A stretch of 64,000 nucleotides of DNA from the NCBI GenBank assembly GCA_021776135.1, contig JAJFGL010000040.1, positions 3,967 through 67,966 on the forward strand, read 5' to 3'. Each line of letters begins with the position of its first letter. Within the stretch, counting starts at the first letter, position 1. The notes beneath the pieces are model-generated. The model was not told where the DNA came from and made no database searches. It saw nothing but the letters and a program-made list of their open reading frames with translations. Below, piece by piece: positions 49,205-61,000 of this stretch. The stretch is from Kiloniellaceae bacterium. Its GTDB lineage: Bacteria; Pseudomonadota; Alphaproteobacteria; Kiloniellales; J153. The position numbers were made by a program, and so were the translations under genes.

Positions 49205-51187
49205 GTGCAGGTCTTCATGCGCCCTTCCCTCGTCGTTTTGAGTGTTGTCCTGGTCGGCATGGCCTTGCCTGCGCGGGCCGTGGAGACGCCAAAGGCCGAG
49301 GGCGAGGTCCGCGTCGCCCATGGCATCGCCATGCATGGCGCGCCCAAATACGGGCCGGATTTCACCCACTTCGATTATCTCAACCCCGATGCCCCCAAGG
49401 GCGGCACCTTGCGCCAAGCGGCCAAGGGCGGATTCGACAGCTTCAATCCCTACATCGCCAAGGGAAACGCGGCCGCCGGTCTGGAATATCTTTTCGAGAC
49501 GCTTCTGACCAGCAGCGCCGACGAGGCTTTCACCGAATACGGCTTGATCTCCGAGACCGTCGAATGGCCCGAGGACCGGTCCTGGGTCGCCTTCGTCCTG
49601 CGGCCGGAGGCCCGCTGGCACGACGGTAAGCCCATCACGGTCGAGGACGTGATCTTTTCGCTGGAACTGCTCAAGGCCAAGGGCCATCCTCAACTTCGTT
49701 TTTACTATCAAAGCGTGGTCAAGGCGGAGAAGACCGGCCCGCGCGGCGTTCGCTTCAGTTTCTCGGCCGGCGATAACCGGGAGCTGCCGCTGATCGTCGG
49801 ACAGATGCCGATCCTGCCCAAGCATTACTGGGAAACGCGCGAATTTGAAAAGACGACCCTGGAACCGCCCCTGGGCAGCGGGCCCTATAAAATCACCGAT
49901 TTCGAGCCCGGCCGCCATATCGTCTATGAAAGGGTCGAGGATTATTGGGGCCGGGACCTGGCGGTCAATCGCGGCAGGTACAACTTCGACCGGCTGCGCA
50001 CCGATTACTACCGCGACGACACTGTCATCCGGCAGGCCCTGAAGGCCGGCAACATCGACTTCCGGGCTGAGAACCAAGCCAAGGCCTGGGCCTTGGATTA
50101 CGATGTTCCCGCCGTGCGGGACGGACGGCTCAAGAAGGACAAATTCGAACACCGGCGCCCGACCGGCATGCAGGCCTTCACCATGAACGCCCGGCGGGCG
50201 GTGTTCCAAGACCGCCTGGTACGCCGGGCCTTGGCCTTCGCCTTCGATTTCGATTGGAGCAACCGAAACCTGTTCTTCAGTCAGTACACACGCACCCAGA
50301 GTTATTTTTCGAACTCGGAATTAGCCGCGACCGGCCTGCCCGGCCCCGCCGAGTTGAAAATTCTTGAACCCTATCGCGGCCGCATCCCGGACGAGGTCTT
50401 CACCAAGGAATACTGGGCGCCGGAAACCGGCGGCACCGGTTGGCCACGCGATAATCTGGCCCAGGCCTTCGAGCTGCTGGCCGAGGCCGGCTGGGTCGTG
50501 CGCGATTTGAAGCTTGTGAACGCCGAAACCGGCGCGCCCATGAAATTCGAAATTCTTCTGATCTCGCCCGCCTTCGAGCGCATCGTCCTGCCCTTCAAGC
50601 GCAACCTGAACCGCCTGGGCATCGAGGTCTCGGTGCGCCTGGTCGACACCGCGCAATACATCAATCGGGTGCGCAGCTTCGACTTCGACATGATCGTCGG
50701 CGGCTGGGGCCAATCGGAATCGCCGGGCAACGAGCAAAGAGACTACTGGACGGCGGCCTCGGCCGATACCGACGGCAGCCGAAATTATGCCGGGATCGAA
50801 AACCCCGCGATCGATGCCCTTGTCGAGCAAATCATTTCGGCGCCGGACCGCGAAAGCCTGATCGCGACCACCCGGGCGCTCGACCGGGTTCTGCTATGGG
50901 GCCACTACGTGATCCCGAATTGGCACATTCGCTTCGACCGGATCTTGTATTGGGACAAGTTCGGCAAGCCGCCGGCGCCGCCCCGGCGCGGCACCAGCAT
51001 CGACTACTGGTGGATGGACCCGGCCAAGGCGCGCGCCCTGGCCGCGCGCGGAACCGTCGAACCGGAGTTGGCCAAGAGCGGCGGCGATGGCGGCTTGAGC
51101 ACGGCGGCGACCGTGCTTATCGCTGGGTTGCTGATATTTTTCGGCTATTTGAGCCTGCGCCGTCTGCGCGGCCCCAAGGCGGGATAA
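49205..51187 (+). CDS. yejA: ABC transporter substrate-binding protein, family 5 (YejA-like)
   Basis: 660 aa with a signal peptide, an SBP_bac_5-like sequence, and a C-terminal hydrophobic tail. It is first in a yejABEF-type operon. Confidence 0.8.
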   Translation: MQVFMRPSLVVLSVVLVGMALPARAVETPKAEGEVRVAHGIAMHGAPKYGPDFTHFDYLNPDAPKGGTLRQAAKGGFDSFNPYIAKGNAAAGLEYLFETLLTSSADEAFTEYGLISETVEWPEDRSWVAFVLRPEARWHDGKPITVEDVIFSLELLKAKGHPQLRFYYQSVVKAEKTGPRGVRFSFSAGDNRELPLIVGQMPILPKHYWETREFEKTTLEPPLGSGPYKITDFEPGRHIVYERVEDYWGRDLAVNRGRYNFDRLRTDYYRDDTVIRQALKAGNIDFRAENQAKAWALDYDVPAVRDGRLKKDKFEHRRPTGMQAFTMNARRAVFQDRLVRRALAFAFDFDWSNRNLFFSQYTRTQSYFSNSELAATGLPGPAELKILEPYRGRIPDEVFTKEYWAPETGGTGWPRDNLAQAFELLAEAGWVVRDLKLVNAETGAPMKFEILLISPAFERIVLPFKRNLNRLGIEVSVRLVDTAQYINRVRSFDFDMIVGGWGQSESPGNEQRDYWTAASADTDGSRNYAGIENPAIDALVEQIISAPDRESLIATTRALDRVLLWGHYVIPNWHIRFDRILYWDKFGKPPAPPRRGTSIDYWWMDPAKARALAARGTVEPELAKSGGDGGLSTAATVLIAGLLIFFGYLSLRRLRGPKAG

Positions 51188-51194
51188 GAGGTCC

Positions 51195-52307
51195 ATGCTA
51201 GCCTACATCGTGCGCCGCCTGTTGCTGATCGTGCCGACCCTGCTGGGCATCATGACCATCAACTTCGTGATTATCCAGGCCGCGCCGGGCGGGCCGGTCG
51301 AGCAATTGATCTCACAGATTACCGGCGAGGGCGCGGCGGCCACCGAGCGCGTGACCCGCGCGGGCACCGGCGAACTTGTCGGCGAAGCGGCCACGGGCGG
51401 CGGAAAAGGCACGGGCACGACCGGCAAGTATCGCGGCGCCCAGGGCCTAGACCCGGAATTCATCGCCGAAATCGAAAAGATGTACGGCTTCGACAAGCCG
51501 CCGCACGAACGCTTCCTGAAGATGCTGGGCGACTATGCCGTCTTCGATTTCGGCGACAGCTTTTTCCGCGACGAAAAGGTGATCGATCTGGTGATCGACA
51601 AGCTGCCCGTTTCGATCTCGCTCGGCCTCTGGACCACGCTGCTGGTTTATCTTATTTCGATTCCCCTCGGTATCGCCAAGGCGACGCGCGACGGCTCGCG
51701 CTTCGACGTCTGGACCAGCGGCGTCGTTATCGTCGGCAACGCCATCCCCGGTTTTCTCTTTGCCGTGCTGCTTATCGTCGTCTTCGCGGGCGGCAGTTAC
51801 TTCGACTGGTTTCCCTTGCGCGGCCTGACCTCGGAAAACTGGGCGGAGCTCGCCTGGCCGGCCAGGATCGCGGATTATTTCTGGCACCTGACCCTGCCGA
51901 TCCTGGCCCTGGTGATCGGCGGTTTCGCGGGCCTGACCATGCTGACGAAAAATTCCTTTTTGGAACAGATCGGCCAGCAGTACGTAATCACCGCCCGCGC
52001 CAAGGGCCTGAGCGAGCGCCGGGTTCTCTACGGCCATGTATTTAGAAACGCCATGCTGATCGTGATCGCCGGCTTCCCCAGCGCCTTCATCGGCATACTT
52101 TTCACCGGCGCGCTTCTGGTCGAGGTCATCTTCTCGCTCGACGGCTTGGGTCTGCTCGGCTTCGAGGCGGCCATCAACCGCGACTATCCGGTCATGTTCG
52201 CCAGCCTTTATTTCTTCTCGCTTCTGGGCCTGATCATGAACCTGGTCACCGACCTGACCTACACCCTGGTCGATCCGCGCATAGATTTCGAGGCCCTGGA
52301 CCGGTGA
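51195..52307 (+). CDS. yejB: ABC transporter permease (YejB-like)
   Basis: 370 aa of the BPD_transp_1 type with an oligopeptide-permease-like N-terminus ([19 protein letters not shown]). Confidence 0.85.
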   Translation: MLAYIVRRLLLIVPTLLGIMTINFVIIQAAPGGPVEQLISQITGEGAAATERVTRAGTGELVGEAATGGGKGTGTTGKYRGAQGLDPEFIAEIEKMYGFDKPPHERFLKMLGDYAVFDFGDSFFRDEKVIDLVIDKLPVSISLGLWTTLLVYLISIPLGIAKATRDGSRFDVWTSGVVIVGNAIPGFLFAVLLIVVFAGGSYFDWFPLRGLTSENWAELAWPARIADYFWHLTLPILALVIGGFAGLTMLTKNSFLEQIGQQYVITARAKGLSERRVLYGHVFRNAMLIVIAGFPSAFIGILFTGALLVEVIFSLDGLGLLGFEAAINRDYPVMFASLYFFSLLGLIMNLVTDLTYTLVDPRIDFEALDR

Positions 52308-53434
52308 ACAGCACGCCGCACCCGAAACCGGACCGCTTTCTCGGTCTGCGCATCTCGCCGCTGACGCGCCGGCGCCTGCGGAACTTCCGCGGCAACCGGC
52401 GCGGGTTTTGGTCGCTGTGGGTTTTTCTGGGCCTGTTTCTATTCAGTCTCGGCGCCGAATTCATCGCCAACGACAAGCCGGTGCTCATTGTCTATGACGG
52501 CGCGATCTATACGCCGATTTTCAAGGCCTATCCCGAGACAACCTTCGGCGGCAGCTTCAAGACCGAGGCCGATTACCGCGATCCCTTCGTGGCCGGCATG
52601 ATCGGGGCCCATGGCTGGATGATCTGGCCGCCGGTGCGCTACAACCACCGCACGGTCGCCTGGGACTTGCCCAACCCCGCGCCCTCGCGGCCCGACGCCG
52701 AACACTGGCTGGGCACCGACGATCAGGCCCGCGACGTGAGCGCCCGGCTGATTTACGGCTTCCGTATCTCGATTCTCTTCGGCCTGACCCTGACCCTGTT
52801 CAGCAGCCTAGTCGGCGTGACGGCGGGCGCGGTGCAGGGCTATTTCGGCGGTTGGATCGATCTTCTGTTCCAGCGCTTCATGGAGGTCTGGTCCGGCCTG
52901 CCGGTGCTTTTTCTCCTGATTATCCTGGCCAGCGTCGTCGAACCGAATTTCTGGTGGCTGCTGGGCATCATGCTGATGTTTTCCTGGATGAGCCTGGTCG
53001 GCGTCGTGCGGGCCGAGTTCCTGCGGGTGCGCAATTTCGATTACGTGCGCGCGGCGCGCGCCCTGGGGGTTTCGGATTTTGTCATCATGTTCCGCCACGC
53101 CCTGCCGAACGCCATGGTTGCGACCCTGACCTTTTTACCCTTCGTGCTTTCCGGCTCGATCACGACCTTGACCGCGCTCGATTTCATCGGCTTCGGTCTG
53201 CCGCCCGGCTCGGCCTCGCTCGGGGAACTCTTGGCGCAGGGGAAAGCGAACCTGCAGGCGCCCTGGCTGGGCCTGACCGGGTTCTTCACCATCGCGCTCA
53301 TGTTGAGCCTGCTAGTCTTCATCGGCGAGGCGGTGCGCGACGCTTTCGATCCGCGCAAGCTTTTCGCCGGCGAAACGCCCCAGGCTGAACACGCGGCCGA
53401 GACCCTAACGCTAAGCGAAGGAGGCAAGGCATGA
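52304..53434 (+). CDS. yejE: ABC transporter permease (YejE-like)
   Basis: 376 aa. Its start overlaps the yejB stop. Permease motifs are present. Confidence 0.85.
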   Translation: MNSTPHPKPDRFLGLRISPLTRRRLRNFRGNRRGFWSLWVFLGLFLFSLGAEFIANDKPVLIVYDGAIYTPIFKAYPETTFGGSFKTEADYRDPFVAGMIGAHGWMIWPPVRYNHRTVAWDLPNPAPSRPDAEHWLGTDDQARDVSARLIYGFRISILFGLTLTLFSSLVGVTAGAVQGYFGGWIDLLFQRFMEVWSGLPVLFLLIILASVVEPNFWWLLGIMLMFSWMSLVGVVRAEFLRVRNFDYVRAARALGVSDFVIMFRHALPNAMVATLTFLPFVLSGSITTLTALDFIGFGLPPGSASLGELLAQGKANLQAPWLGLTGFFTIALMLSLLVFIGEAVRDAFDPRKLFAGETPQAEHAAETLTLSEGGKA

Positions 53435-55059
53435 GCGAGGTCTTGCTCAAGATCGATAACCTGGGCACCCGTTTCGACGTGCCGGGCCGCCCCGTCGACG
53501 CGGTCAAGGGCGCCTCATTCGAGATCCCTAAGGGTGGCTCCCTGGCCCTGGTCGGGGAAAGCGGCTCCGGCAAGTCGGTCACCGCGCTCTCGATCATGCA
53601 GTTGTTGCCCTATCCCCTGGCGCGCCACCCGGCGGGCTCGATCCTCTTCAAGGGCCGGGAATTGATCGGCGCCCCGCGCCAGATCATGCGCGAGGTGCGC
53701 GGCAACGAGATTTCCATGATCTTTCAGGAGCCCATGACCTCGCTCAACCCGCTGCACTCGGTTGAAAAGCAGATCAACGAGACCTTGATCCTGCACAAGG
53801 GCCTGGACAATGCGGGCGCGCGGCGGCGGACCCTGGAGCTTCTGGACCTGGTCGGCATTCCCGATGCGGTGAAGCGCTTGGGCGCCTACCCCCACGAGTT
53901 GTCGGGCGGCCAGCGCCAGCGGGTCATGATCGCCATGGCCCTGGCCAACGAGCCCGACCTGCTGATCGCCGACGAACCGACCACGGCCCTGGACGTGACC
54001 ATTCAGGCGCAAATCCTGAAACTGCTGAAAGAACTGCAAAGCGAATTCGGCATGGCCTTGCTGCTGATTACCCACGACCTGGGGATCGTGCGCAAGATGG
54101 CGGACGTCGTTTGCGTCATGACCGGCGGCGAGGTCGTCGAACAAGGCGAGGTTAAGGGCATCTTCGAGGCGCCCCAGCACGCCTATACCCAGAAACTGCT
54201 GGCCGCCGAACCCAGCGGCGCCCCGCTGACGGCGGACCCCCAGGCCCCCGTGATCATGTCGGGGACGGACATCAAGGTTCATTTCCCGATCAAGAAGGGC
54301 CTACTCAAGCGCACCGTCGATGTGGTGCGCGCGGTCGACCGCATCGACCTGGAGGTGCGCGAGGGGCACACCCTGGGTGTGGTCGGCGAAAGCGGCTCCG
54401 GCAAGACCACCCTGGGCCTAGCGCTCTTGCGCCTGACCGCCAGCCTGGGCGGCATCCGCTTTGGCGGACAAGATATACAAGGCTTGAAATCGGGCGCACT
54501 TCGGCCCCTGCGCCGGGAAATGCAGATCGTCTTTCAAGACCCCTATGGGTCGCTCAGCCCGCGCTTGTCCATCGGCCAGATTATCGAGGAGGGCCTCAAG
54601 GTCCACGGCCTGGGCGGCAACGAAACAGCGCGCGAGGAGATGATTATCGAGGCCCTGAAGGAAGTCGGCCTGGACCCGGAAGGCCGGCACCGCTACCCGC
54701 ACGAATTCTCCGGCGGCCAGCGCCAGCGGGTGGCCATCGCCCGGGCCATGGTCCTGAAGCCCCGCTTCCTGGTTTTGGACGAGCCGACCTCGGCCCTCGA
54801 CATGTCGGTCCAGGCGCAGATCGTCGATCTGCTGCGCGACCTTCAGACCCGGCACAAGCTGGCCTATCTTTTTATCAGCCACGATTTGCGTGTGGTCCGG
54901 GCCCTGGCCAGCGAGGTCATGGTCATGCGCGACGGCCGGGTGGTCGAACAGGGCCCGGCGGAACGCATCTTCGACGCGCCCGAGCATCCCTACACCAAGG
55001 CCCTCATGAAAGCGGCCTTCGAGCTGGAAGCGGTGGACGGCGACGTGGTGCGGATGTAG
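53431..55059 (+). CDS. yejF: ABC transporter ATP-binding protein with duplicated ATPase (YejF-like)
   Basis: 542 aa with two Walker A motifs (GESGSGKS twice) and two signature motifs ([18 protein letters not shown]). Confidence 0.88.
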   Translation: MSEVLLKIDNLGTRFDVPGRPVDAVKGASFEIPKGGSLALVGESGSGKSVTALSIMQLLPYPLARHPAGSILFKGRELIGAPRQIMREVRGNEISMIFQEPMTSLNPLHSVEKQINETLILHKGLDNAGARRRTLELLDLVGIPDAVKRLGAYPHELSGGQRQRVMIAMALANEPDLLIADEPTTALDVTIQAQILKLLKELQSEFGMALLLITHDLGIVRKMADVVCVMTGGEVVEQGEVKGIFEAPQHAYTQKLLAAEPSGAPLTADPQAPVIMSGTDIKVHFPIKKGLLKRTVDVVRAVDRIDLEVREGHTLGVVGESGSGKTTLGLALLRLTASLGGIRFGGQDIQGLKSGALRPLRREMQIVFQDPYGSLSPRLSIGQIIEEGLKVHGLGGNETAREEMIIEALKEVGLDPEGRHRYPHEFSGGQRQRVAIARAMVLKPRFLVLDEPTSALDMSVQAQIVDLLRDLQTRHKLAYLFISHDLRVVRALASEVMVMRDGRVVEQGPAERIFDAPEHPYTKALMKAAFELEAVDGDVVRM

Positions 55060-55068
55060 GAAGGGGCC

Positions 55069-55998
55069 ATGACCCTGATCCTCAAAACCGACATTTACCG
55101 CGGCACAGCTTGGCACGACGCCTTCGCGCGCTATTTACCCGATGTGCCGGTGCGCGAATGGTCCGAGCCCGGCGATCCAAACGATATCGAGTACGCCCTG
55201 GTCTGGGCGCCGGAGAAGGGCGCCCTGGCCAAGTTCCCCAACTTGAAGGCGATCTTTTCCGTGGGTGCCGGTTTCGATCACCTGACCTCGGACCCGGACC
55301 TGCCAAAGGGCGTGCCCATCGTGCGCATGGTCGAGCCGGGGCTGACCGCCGGCATGATCGAATTCGTGGTCATGAGCGCGTTGTATCATCACCGCTTCAT
55401 GCTCGACTACGCGGCGCAGCAGCGCGACAAGGTCTGGCGCGAGATCGAGCAGATCCCAACCTCGCGCCGCCGGGCCGGTATTCTGGGCCTGGGTGTGCTG
55501 GGCAGCGCCTGCGCGGAAATGCTTCGGGACTTCGGCTTCCCCGTCGCGGGCTGGAGCCGGAGCCACAAGGACATCGCCGGCGTCGAATCCTTCCACGGCG
55601 CCGACGGTCTGATCCCGTTCTTGAACCGTAGCGACATCCTGGTCTGCCTCTTGCCCCTGACCCCCGAGACCGAGGACATCTTGAATGCCGAGGCCTTCGC
55701 CGCCCTGCCGCGCGGCGCGGCGCTGATAAGTGCGGGACGCGGCAAGTCCGTGGTCGAGGCCGACCTGCTGGCGGCGCTCGATTCAGGCCAACTCGGCGGC
55801 GCGACCCTGGACGTTTACCGGCAAGAACCCCTGCCGCCCGATAGCCCGTTGTGGAGCCACCCGCGCATCGTCGCGGTGCCCCACATCGCCAGCATGACCA
55901 TCGCCGAAACCGCCGCCGAGGCCGTGGCCGCGAACATCCGCCGCATCCAGGCCGGGCAAGACCCCGAACACATGGTCGACCTGAAACGCGGGTATTAG
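55069..55998 (+). CDS. D-2-hydroxyacid dehydrogenase (glyoxylate/hydroxypyruvate reductase A-like)
   Basis: 309 aa with the NAD fold GILGLGVLG and a GhrA-like N-terminus (DIEYALVWAP). Confidence 0.8.
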   Translation: MTLILKTDIYRGTAWHDAFARYLPDVPVREWSEPGDPNDIEYALVWAPEKGALAKFPNLKAIFSVGAGFDHLTSDPDLPKGVPIVRMVEPGLTAGMIEFVVMSALYHHRFMLDYAAQQRDKVWREIEQIPTSRRRAGILGLGVLGSACAEMLRDFGFPVAGWSRSHKDIAGVESFHGADGLIPFLNRSDILVCLLPLTPETEDILNAEAFAALPRGAALISAGRGKSVVEADLLAALDSGQLGGATLDVYRQEPLPPDSPLWSHPRIVAVPHIASMTIAETAAEAVAANIRRIQAGQDPEHMVDLKRGY

Positions 55999-56040
55999 GA
56001 GTCTGAGACGTCGCGGCGGAACCGCGGTGAAATATCCGAT

Positions 56041-56108
56041 TACCGCGAAGGCAGAAAGACAGGAAGAAGTTCTATAAGTTTCTTCGTGTCTTTGTGCCTT
56101 CGCGGTTA
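56041..56108. repeat. Palindromic repeat (accgcgaaggca.aaagaca... family), copy C
   Basis: taccgcgaaggcagaaagacaggaagaag / tttcttcgtgtctttgtgccttcgcggtta, located between convergent genes. Confidence 0.7.
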
Positions 56109-56119
56109 GAAAATTTCTC

Positions 56120-56473
56120 TCACAGCTCCACCGCCACCTTGGCCGCCAAATCGCCGAATTCGCGCAAAAAAACCGAGCCCTTGACCGTGCGTTGAATCAG
56201 GACGCTGCGTTTGTCTTGGTGATCGCGCTTGCGGCGCGCCAGATCATGGCGGCCCAGGCGGTCCAGGGCCCGGGTCACCGCCGGCTTCGACATGTTCAAT
56301 TCGGCCGCCAGTCCGCGCACGGTGTGCGGCGGCGGTGTGAGGTAGACATGCAGGAGAAGCGCGAACTGCCGCGCGGTCAGGTCCGGCTGCCCACCGCCCA
56401 GGGCCGCCGCCATGACCCCGTGCCACAAGGCCAGCATCTTGTCCGGCGCCGGAGAGAACGCCGTCCCGCTCAT
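56120..56473 (-). CDS. MarR-family transcriptional regulator
   Basis: 117 aa with a wHTH region (VRGLAAELNMSKPAVTRALDRLGRHDLARRKRDHQDKR). It overlaps the 3' end of the upstream aminopeptidase gene. Confidence 0.8.
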   Translation of the reverse strand: MSGTAFSPAPDKMLALWHGVMAAALGGGQPDLTARQFALLLHVYLTPPPHTVRGLAAELNMSKPAVTRALDRLGRHDLARRKRDHQDKRSVLIQRTVKGSVFLREFGDLAAKVAVEL

Positions 56474-57885
56474 GGCGCCCGCTTGGACCGCGTGGCCAGC
56501 TCCGCGATCAGCGCATAAACGGCGCGTAAGGCCATGGCCTCGCCGCCCTCGGGCCGTCCGGGCGCGGACTTGGTATTCCAGGCCATGATATCGAAATGCA
56601 GCCAGGGCGTGGTGGGGCGCACAAACTCCGCCAGGAACAGGGCTGCGACGATAGCGCCGCCGTAAGCATCGCCGGATATGTTATTGAGGTCGGCGACCTT
56701 GCTGTCGAGGCCGGCCCGGTAGGGGGCGTACAAGGGCAGACGCCAAACCGGATCGTCCTCGGCAAGCCCATGGGCGCTCATGGCGGCCGCGATCCTGTCA
56801 TCATTGCAGAACATGGCCGGCAAGGCGGGCCCCAGGGCAACCCGCGCGGCCCCGGTCAGGGTCGCGAAATCGACAATGAGATCGGGGTTATCGCTATCGG
56901 CTTCGCACAGGGCGTCGGCCAGCACCAGGCGCCCTTCGGCGTCGGTGTTGCCAACCTCGACGCTCAGGCCCTTGCGGGTCGCGATCACGTCCGAGGGCCG
57001 GAAGGCGTCGCCCGACACGCTGTTTTCGACCGCCGGGATCAGAACCCTCAGGCGCAGCGGCAGCTTGGCGGCCATGATCATGTGGGCCAAGCCCAGAACG
57101 TGGGCGGCGCCGCCCATGTCCTTTTTCATCAATCTCATGCCGGCGGCGGACTTGAGATCGAGGCCGCCTGAATCGAAGCAAACCCCTTTACCAACCAGGG
57201 TCACGCGCGGACCGGCGCGGCCCCAGTGCGCATCGATCAGGCACGGCGCCCGTTCGCTGGCCCGGCCGACCGCGTGAACCGCCGGATAGTTCCTGCTCAG
57301 AAGCGCGTCGCCTGAGATCGCGCTGGCGCTGCCCTTATAATGGCGGAACACCTCAAGCGCCGCCTCGGCCAGTTCGGCCGGACCCAGATCGCAAGCCGGG
57401 GTGTTGATTAAATCGCGGACCAGAAATATGGCCTCGCAGGTCCGCGTGACCGCCGCACGGTCCGCCCCCTTGGGCCAGACCAGGGCGGCGAAATCTTGCT
57501 CCGCCTTACGATAACGGTCGAACACATAGGTTCCAAGCGCCCAGCCCAAGGCGGCACGGGTAGCCCCGGCGGTATCGAACGCGGCGTCGAGCACGAAGCA
57601 GGCGGCGCGCGAGTTTCTTTTCGCCATGGCCGCGAGCGTGGACGGCAGGGCCGCATAGGACCAGATCGTATCCTTCGGATCGATCCCGGCCAGAACCTGG
57701 GTCAGGGCCCCGCCCTCGCTGGGAAGCGGGCAAACGGTGCCGGGGGCGGCGGTAAAGCCGGTATTCTTGACCCATTCCACGCAGGGCCGCGGTTGCCCGG
57801 CGAGCCAAACCTTCAACTCGTCCTTGGACAAGGGCGTCAACAACAACGCGCCGGCACGGGCGCGCTCCAAAAGATACTTGGTCAT
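56470..57885 (-). CDS. M17 leucyl aminopeptidase family protein
   Basis: ORF track 56470-57957. Start moved to MTKYLLERAR (ATG 57885). Motifs VGKGVCFDSGGLDLK and NTDAEGRLVLAD are present. Confidence 0.85.
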   Translation of the reverse strand: MTKYLLERARAGALLLTPLSKDELKVWLAGQPRPCVEWVKNTGFTAAPGTVCPLPSEGGALTQVLAGIDPKDTIWSYAALPSTLAAMAKRNSRAACFVLDAAFDTAGATRAALGWALGTYVFDRYRKAEQDFAALVWPKGADRAAVTRTCEAIFLVRDLINTPACDLGPAELAEAALEVFRHYKGSASAISGDALLSRNYPAVHAVGRASERAPCLIDAHWGRAGPRVTLVGKGVCFDSGGLDLKSAAGMRLMKKDMGGAAHVLGLAHMIMAAKLPLRLRVLIPAVENSVSGDAFRPSDVIATRKGLSVEVGNTDAEGRLVLADALCEADSDNPDLIVDFATLTGAARVALGPALPAMFCNDDRIAAAMSAHGLAEDDPVWRLPLYAPYRAGLDSKVADLNNISGDAYGGAIVAALFLAEFVRPTTPWLHFDIMAWNTKSAPGRPEGGEAMALRAVYALIAELATRSKRAP

Positions 57886-58002
57886 GCCGCTTGAGATTCC
57901 CCTGGACGGTTCAAAAATATATTGCTGGGAGAATAGGCGGGTCAGCGCCGAAGACAAGGCGGCAAAATCCGGCGGCGGAAATCACCCGCCATGGGCCAAG
58001 AC

Positions 58003-61000
58003 TTATTTTTGACCGGCAAGGCCGTCGATATCGGCGAGAAGATCGTCGAGCGCCGCCGCCGCGTCTTCACCGAGGCCGGCGCCGCCGTCGCTGTCTTGAC
58101 TATTATCTTCAGTGTTTCCGGCCTGGTATCTGGCCTCCGTATGGGTCCAAAACGCGATTCTTTCGAATAAGAGGTTCTGGCAGATCGGTTTCGAAATGAA
58201 ATCGCTCATCCCGGCTTGAAGGCATTTTTCCCGATCTTCCCCCATGACTGCCGCCGTGACGGCGATGATCGGCACTTCGGCGGCCTTTCCCGGCATGAGG
58301 CGAATACGGCGCGTCGCCTCAAGTCCGTTCAATTCCGGCATGTGCATGTCCATAAGAACCAGGTCGTAGGCATGCTCCCCCACTGCCTTGACCGCTTCCC
58401 GGCCGTTGTTCGCGAGATCGACCGTATGACCGGCGCCGCGCAGCATGGTGTCCAATAAGAGTTGGTTGACCATGTTATCCTCAGCCACAAGGATATGCAG
58501 GATCCGGCGCCGCAACGCGGGAGTTGCAGCTTGCAGTACCGCGCTGACGGCCGGCGGCAAATCCACACCTAATAAATACCCAAGAGACTTCAGCACGGCG
58601 TTTCGGTGCAGGGGCCTGGGCAAGGCCGCATCGAAACCCAACTCCCGCGCCTGTTTATGAGAAAGCACCAGACCCGAAGACGATGACAATGCCAGCTTGA
58701 GACTATCGTAGCGGGCATCGGCGCGAATACGCCGCCCCAGTTCCTCGCCGCCCATATCCGGCATGGCATGGTCGACGATGGCGATATCGAAAGGTATTTG
58801 CGTAGCGGCCTCCGCCAGCGCCGTCAAGGCCGCTTCGGCGCCGGTAACGACCGTCACCTCCGCCCCCAGCATCTCAAGATACTGATGGCAGACATCGCGG
58901 TTGATAGGATTGCCGCCAACCACTAAGGCGCGCCGCCCGCGCAGAATATTCCGGATCTTGATCAGGGTTCCCTTGCCGGCAATCTTTTGTTTAGTTAACG
59001 CGACCGTGAACCGGAAAACGCTGCCTTCGTCGGGCCGGCTGGAAACGCCGATCTCGCCGCTCATGAGTCCGACGAGCTGCTTGCAGATGGCGAGTCCCAG
59101 GCCGGTGCCGCCGTATTTTCGTGTCGTCGACACATCCCCCTGGCTGAATTTATCGAACAGAGTCTTCTGCTCTTCCGCACCGATACCTATGCCGGTATCG
59201 GTGATTTTAAAACCAAGAATGACGCCGCTTCCGGATTCTGACTCCAAAGACACTTCAATCTTAACTCCACCTTCTTCGGTGAACTTGATTGCATTGCCCG
59301 CTAGATTGAGAAGAACCTGGCGTATTCGCCCCGGGTCGCCGATCAGGCTCATGGGCACGTCCGGCCCGACAAAAAATGCCAGCTCGATCGCTTTGTCGTG
59401 GGCGGCGGAAGCAAGTAGCTGAACTATGGCATCGACCACTTGAGACAAATCGAATGCCACCGAATCGAGCTTCAGTTTTCCGGCCTCGATCTTGGAGTAA
59501 TCCAGGATATCGTTGATGACCGTGAGCAGGTGGCGGCCAGATTGCCCAATTATGGAAATGAATTCGGCATAACTTTCATTGCCGATTGGGCCAAGCGATT
59601 CGCGCTCGATAAGGTCCGCAAAACCGAGCATCCCGTTCAAAGGTGTGCGCAGTTCGTGGCTCATGTTGGCGAGGAATTCGGATTTGGCCGCGGCCGCCGA
59701 CATGGCGGCATCACGCGCGGCCGCAAGGGATTTCGCCTGCTTAACCAATTCCCCTGCTTGCGCCTCGATGCGCGCCTGCGCCTCCTGTGCGTCGACGACC
59801 ATGTTTTTGAGTGTCGATTCGCGTTCCTTAAGCTCGGTGATATCGCGGATAACCGCGGTAAATTTCCGTTCGCCCGTAATGGCCATCTCGCTGATCGCAA
59901 GATGCATTGGGAAAGTACTTCCATCGGCGCGCTTTCCCTCGACATCGCGGCCGATACCGATAATCTTTTTATGGCCGGTTTTTAGATAGCTTTGAATATA
60001 GGTGTCGTGATTTTCTTGGTTCTCCCCCATCATCAGGAGGCTGACGTTCTTACCAATCACGTCGCTGGCCCGATACCCAAACTGACCTTCAGCCGCGGGA
60101 TTGAATAACGTGATCCGTCCCCGGCTATCCGTGACGATGATACTATCTACAACGGTGGTTACGATTCCCTGCAATAACGCATCGCGCTTTTCGATTTCGG
60201 CGGCGTTACGTTTTCGCTCGGTGATGTCTGTATAGGTTGTTAAAAATCCGCCTTCAGGCATGGGCACGCCGCGCACTTCTATGATAGTGCCCGAAGGCCG
60301 GATACGTTCGAAGCAATGGGCTTCGAATCTTCGGGCCTGATGGACGCGTTCTTTAACTAGGCGCGATACGTCGCCTTCTCCATACTCCCCGCGCTCCGCA
60401 TTGAATCGGATGATTCTCTCATAACCTAGACCGGTTTCGATAATGGCTTGCGGTAGTTCAAGTAAATCCACGAAGGTTTTGTTGAAAGCAACAAGCTCAA
60501 GATCGGAATCGAACACACTTAGCCCGGCGGGAAAATTTTCGATTGTGGCGACCAAAATTTTACTGGTCGCGCGAATGTGCGCTTCGCGTTCTTCCGACTG
60601 ACGAACCATCGTGTACATACTTAAAAGAAGGCCGATAAGCACGAGGACGTAACTGACGTTTTTCAGCAGATGCGCGGCGTCGAATTCCAAATCGAACAGC
60701 CTATCCGAAAACGACATGTATACGGCTTGACTCAGGAAACCAACTATCAGGGATAAGACAAGCCAGTGCTCGAAGGCATCGTTTCGCCATGCCCCCTTGC
60801 GCAAGTAGCCGACGAGCGCCACCAGGAACAGGGCCGCGGGCACGAATTCTTCCGGCCTGTGGAAAATTATTTCGTCATAGTAAGCCCGCGGCTGGGGAAC
60901 GAAGACGAAAAACAGGAAACTCAATACCGTCAGTACGCCTGCGGCCAGATACACTGTATTCTCGCCTATCCGCCCCTCCGCACCGAGGCGTTGCTCGCGC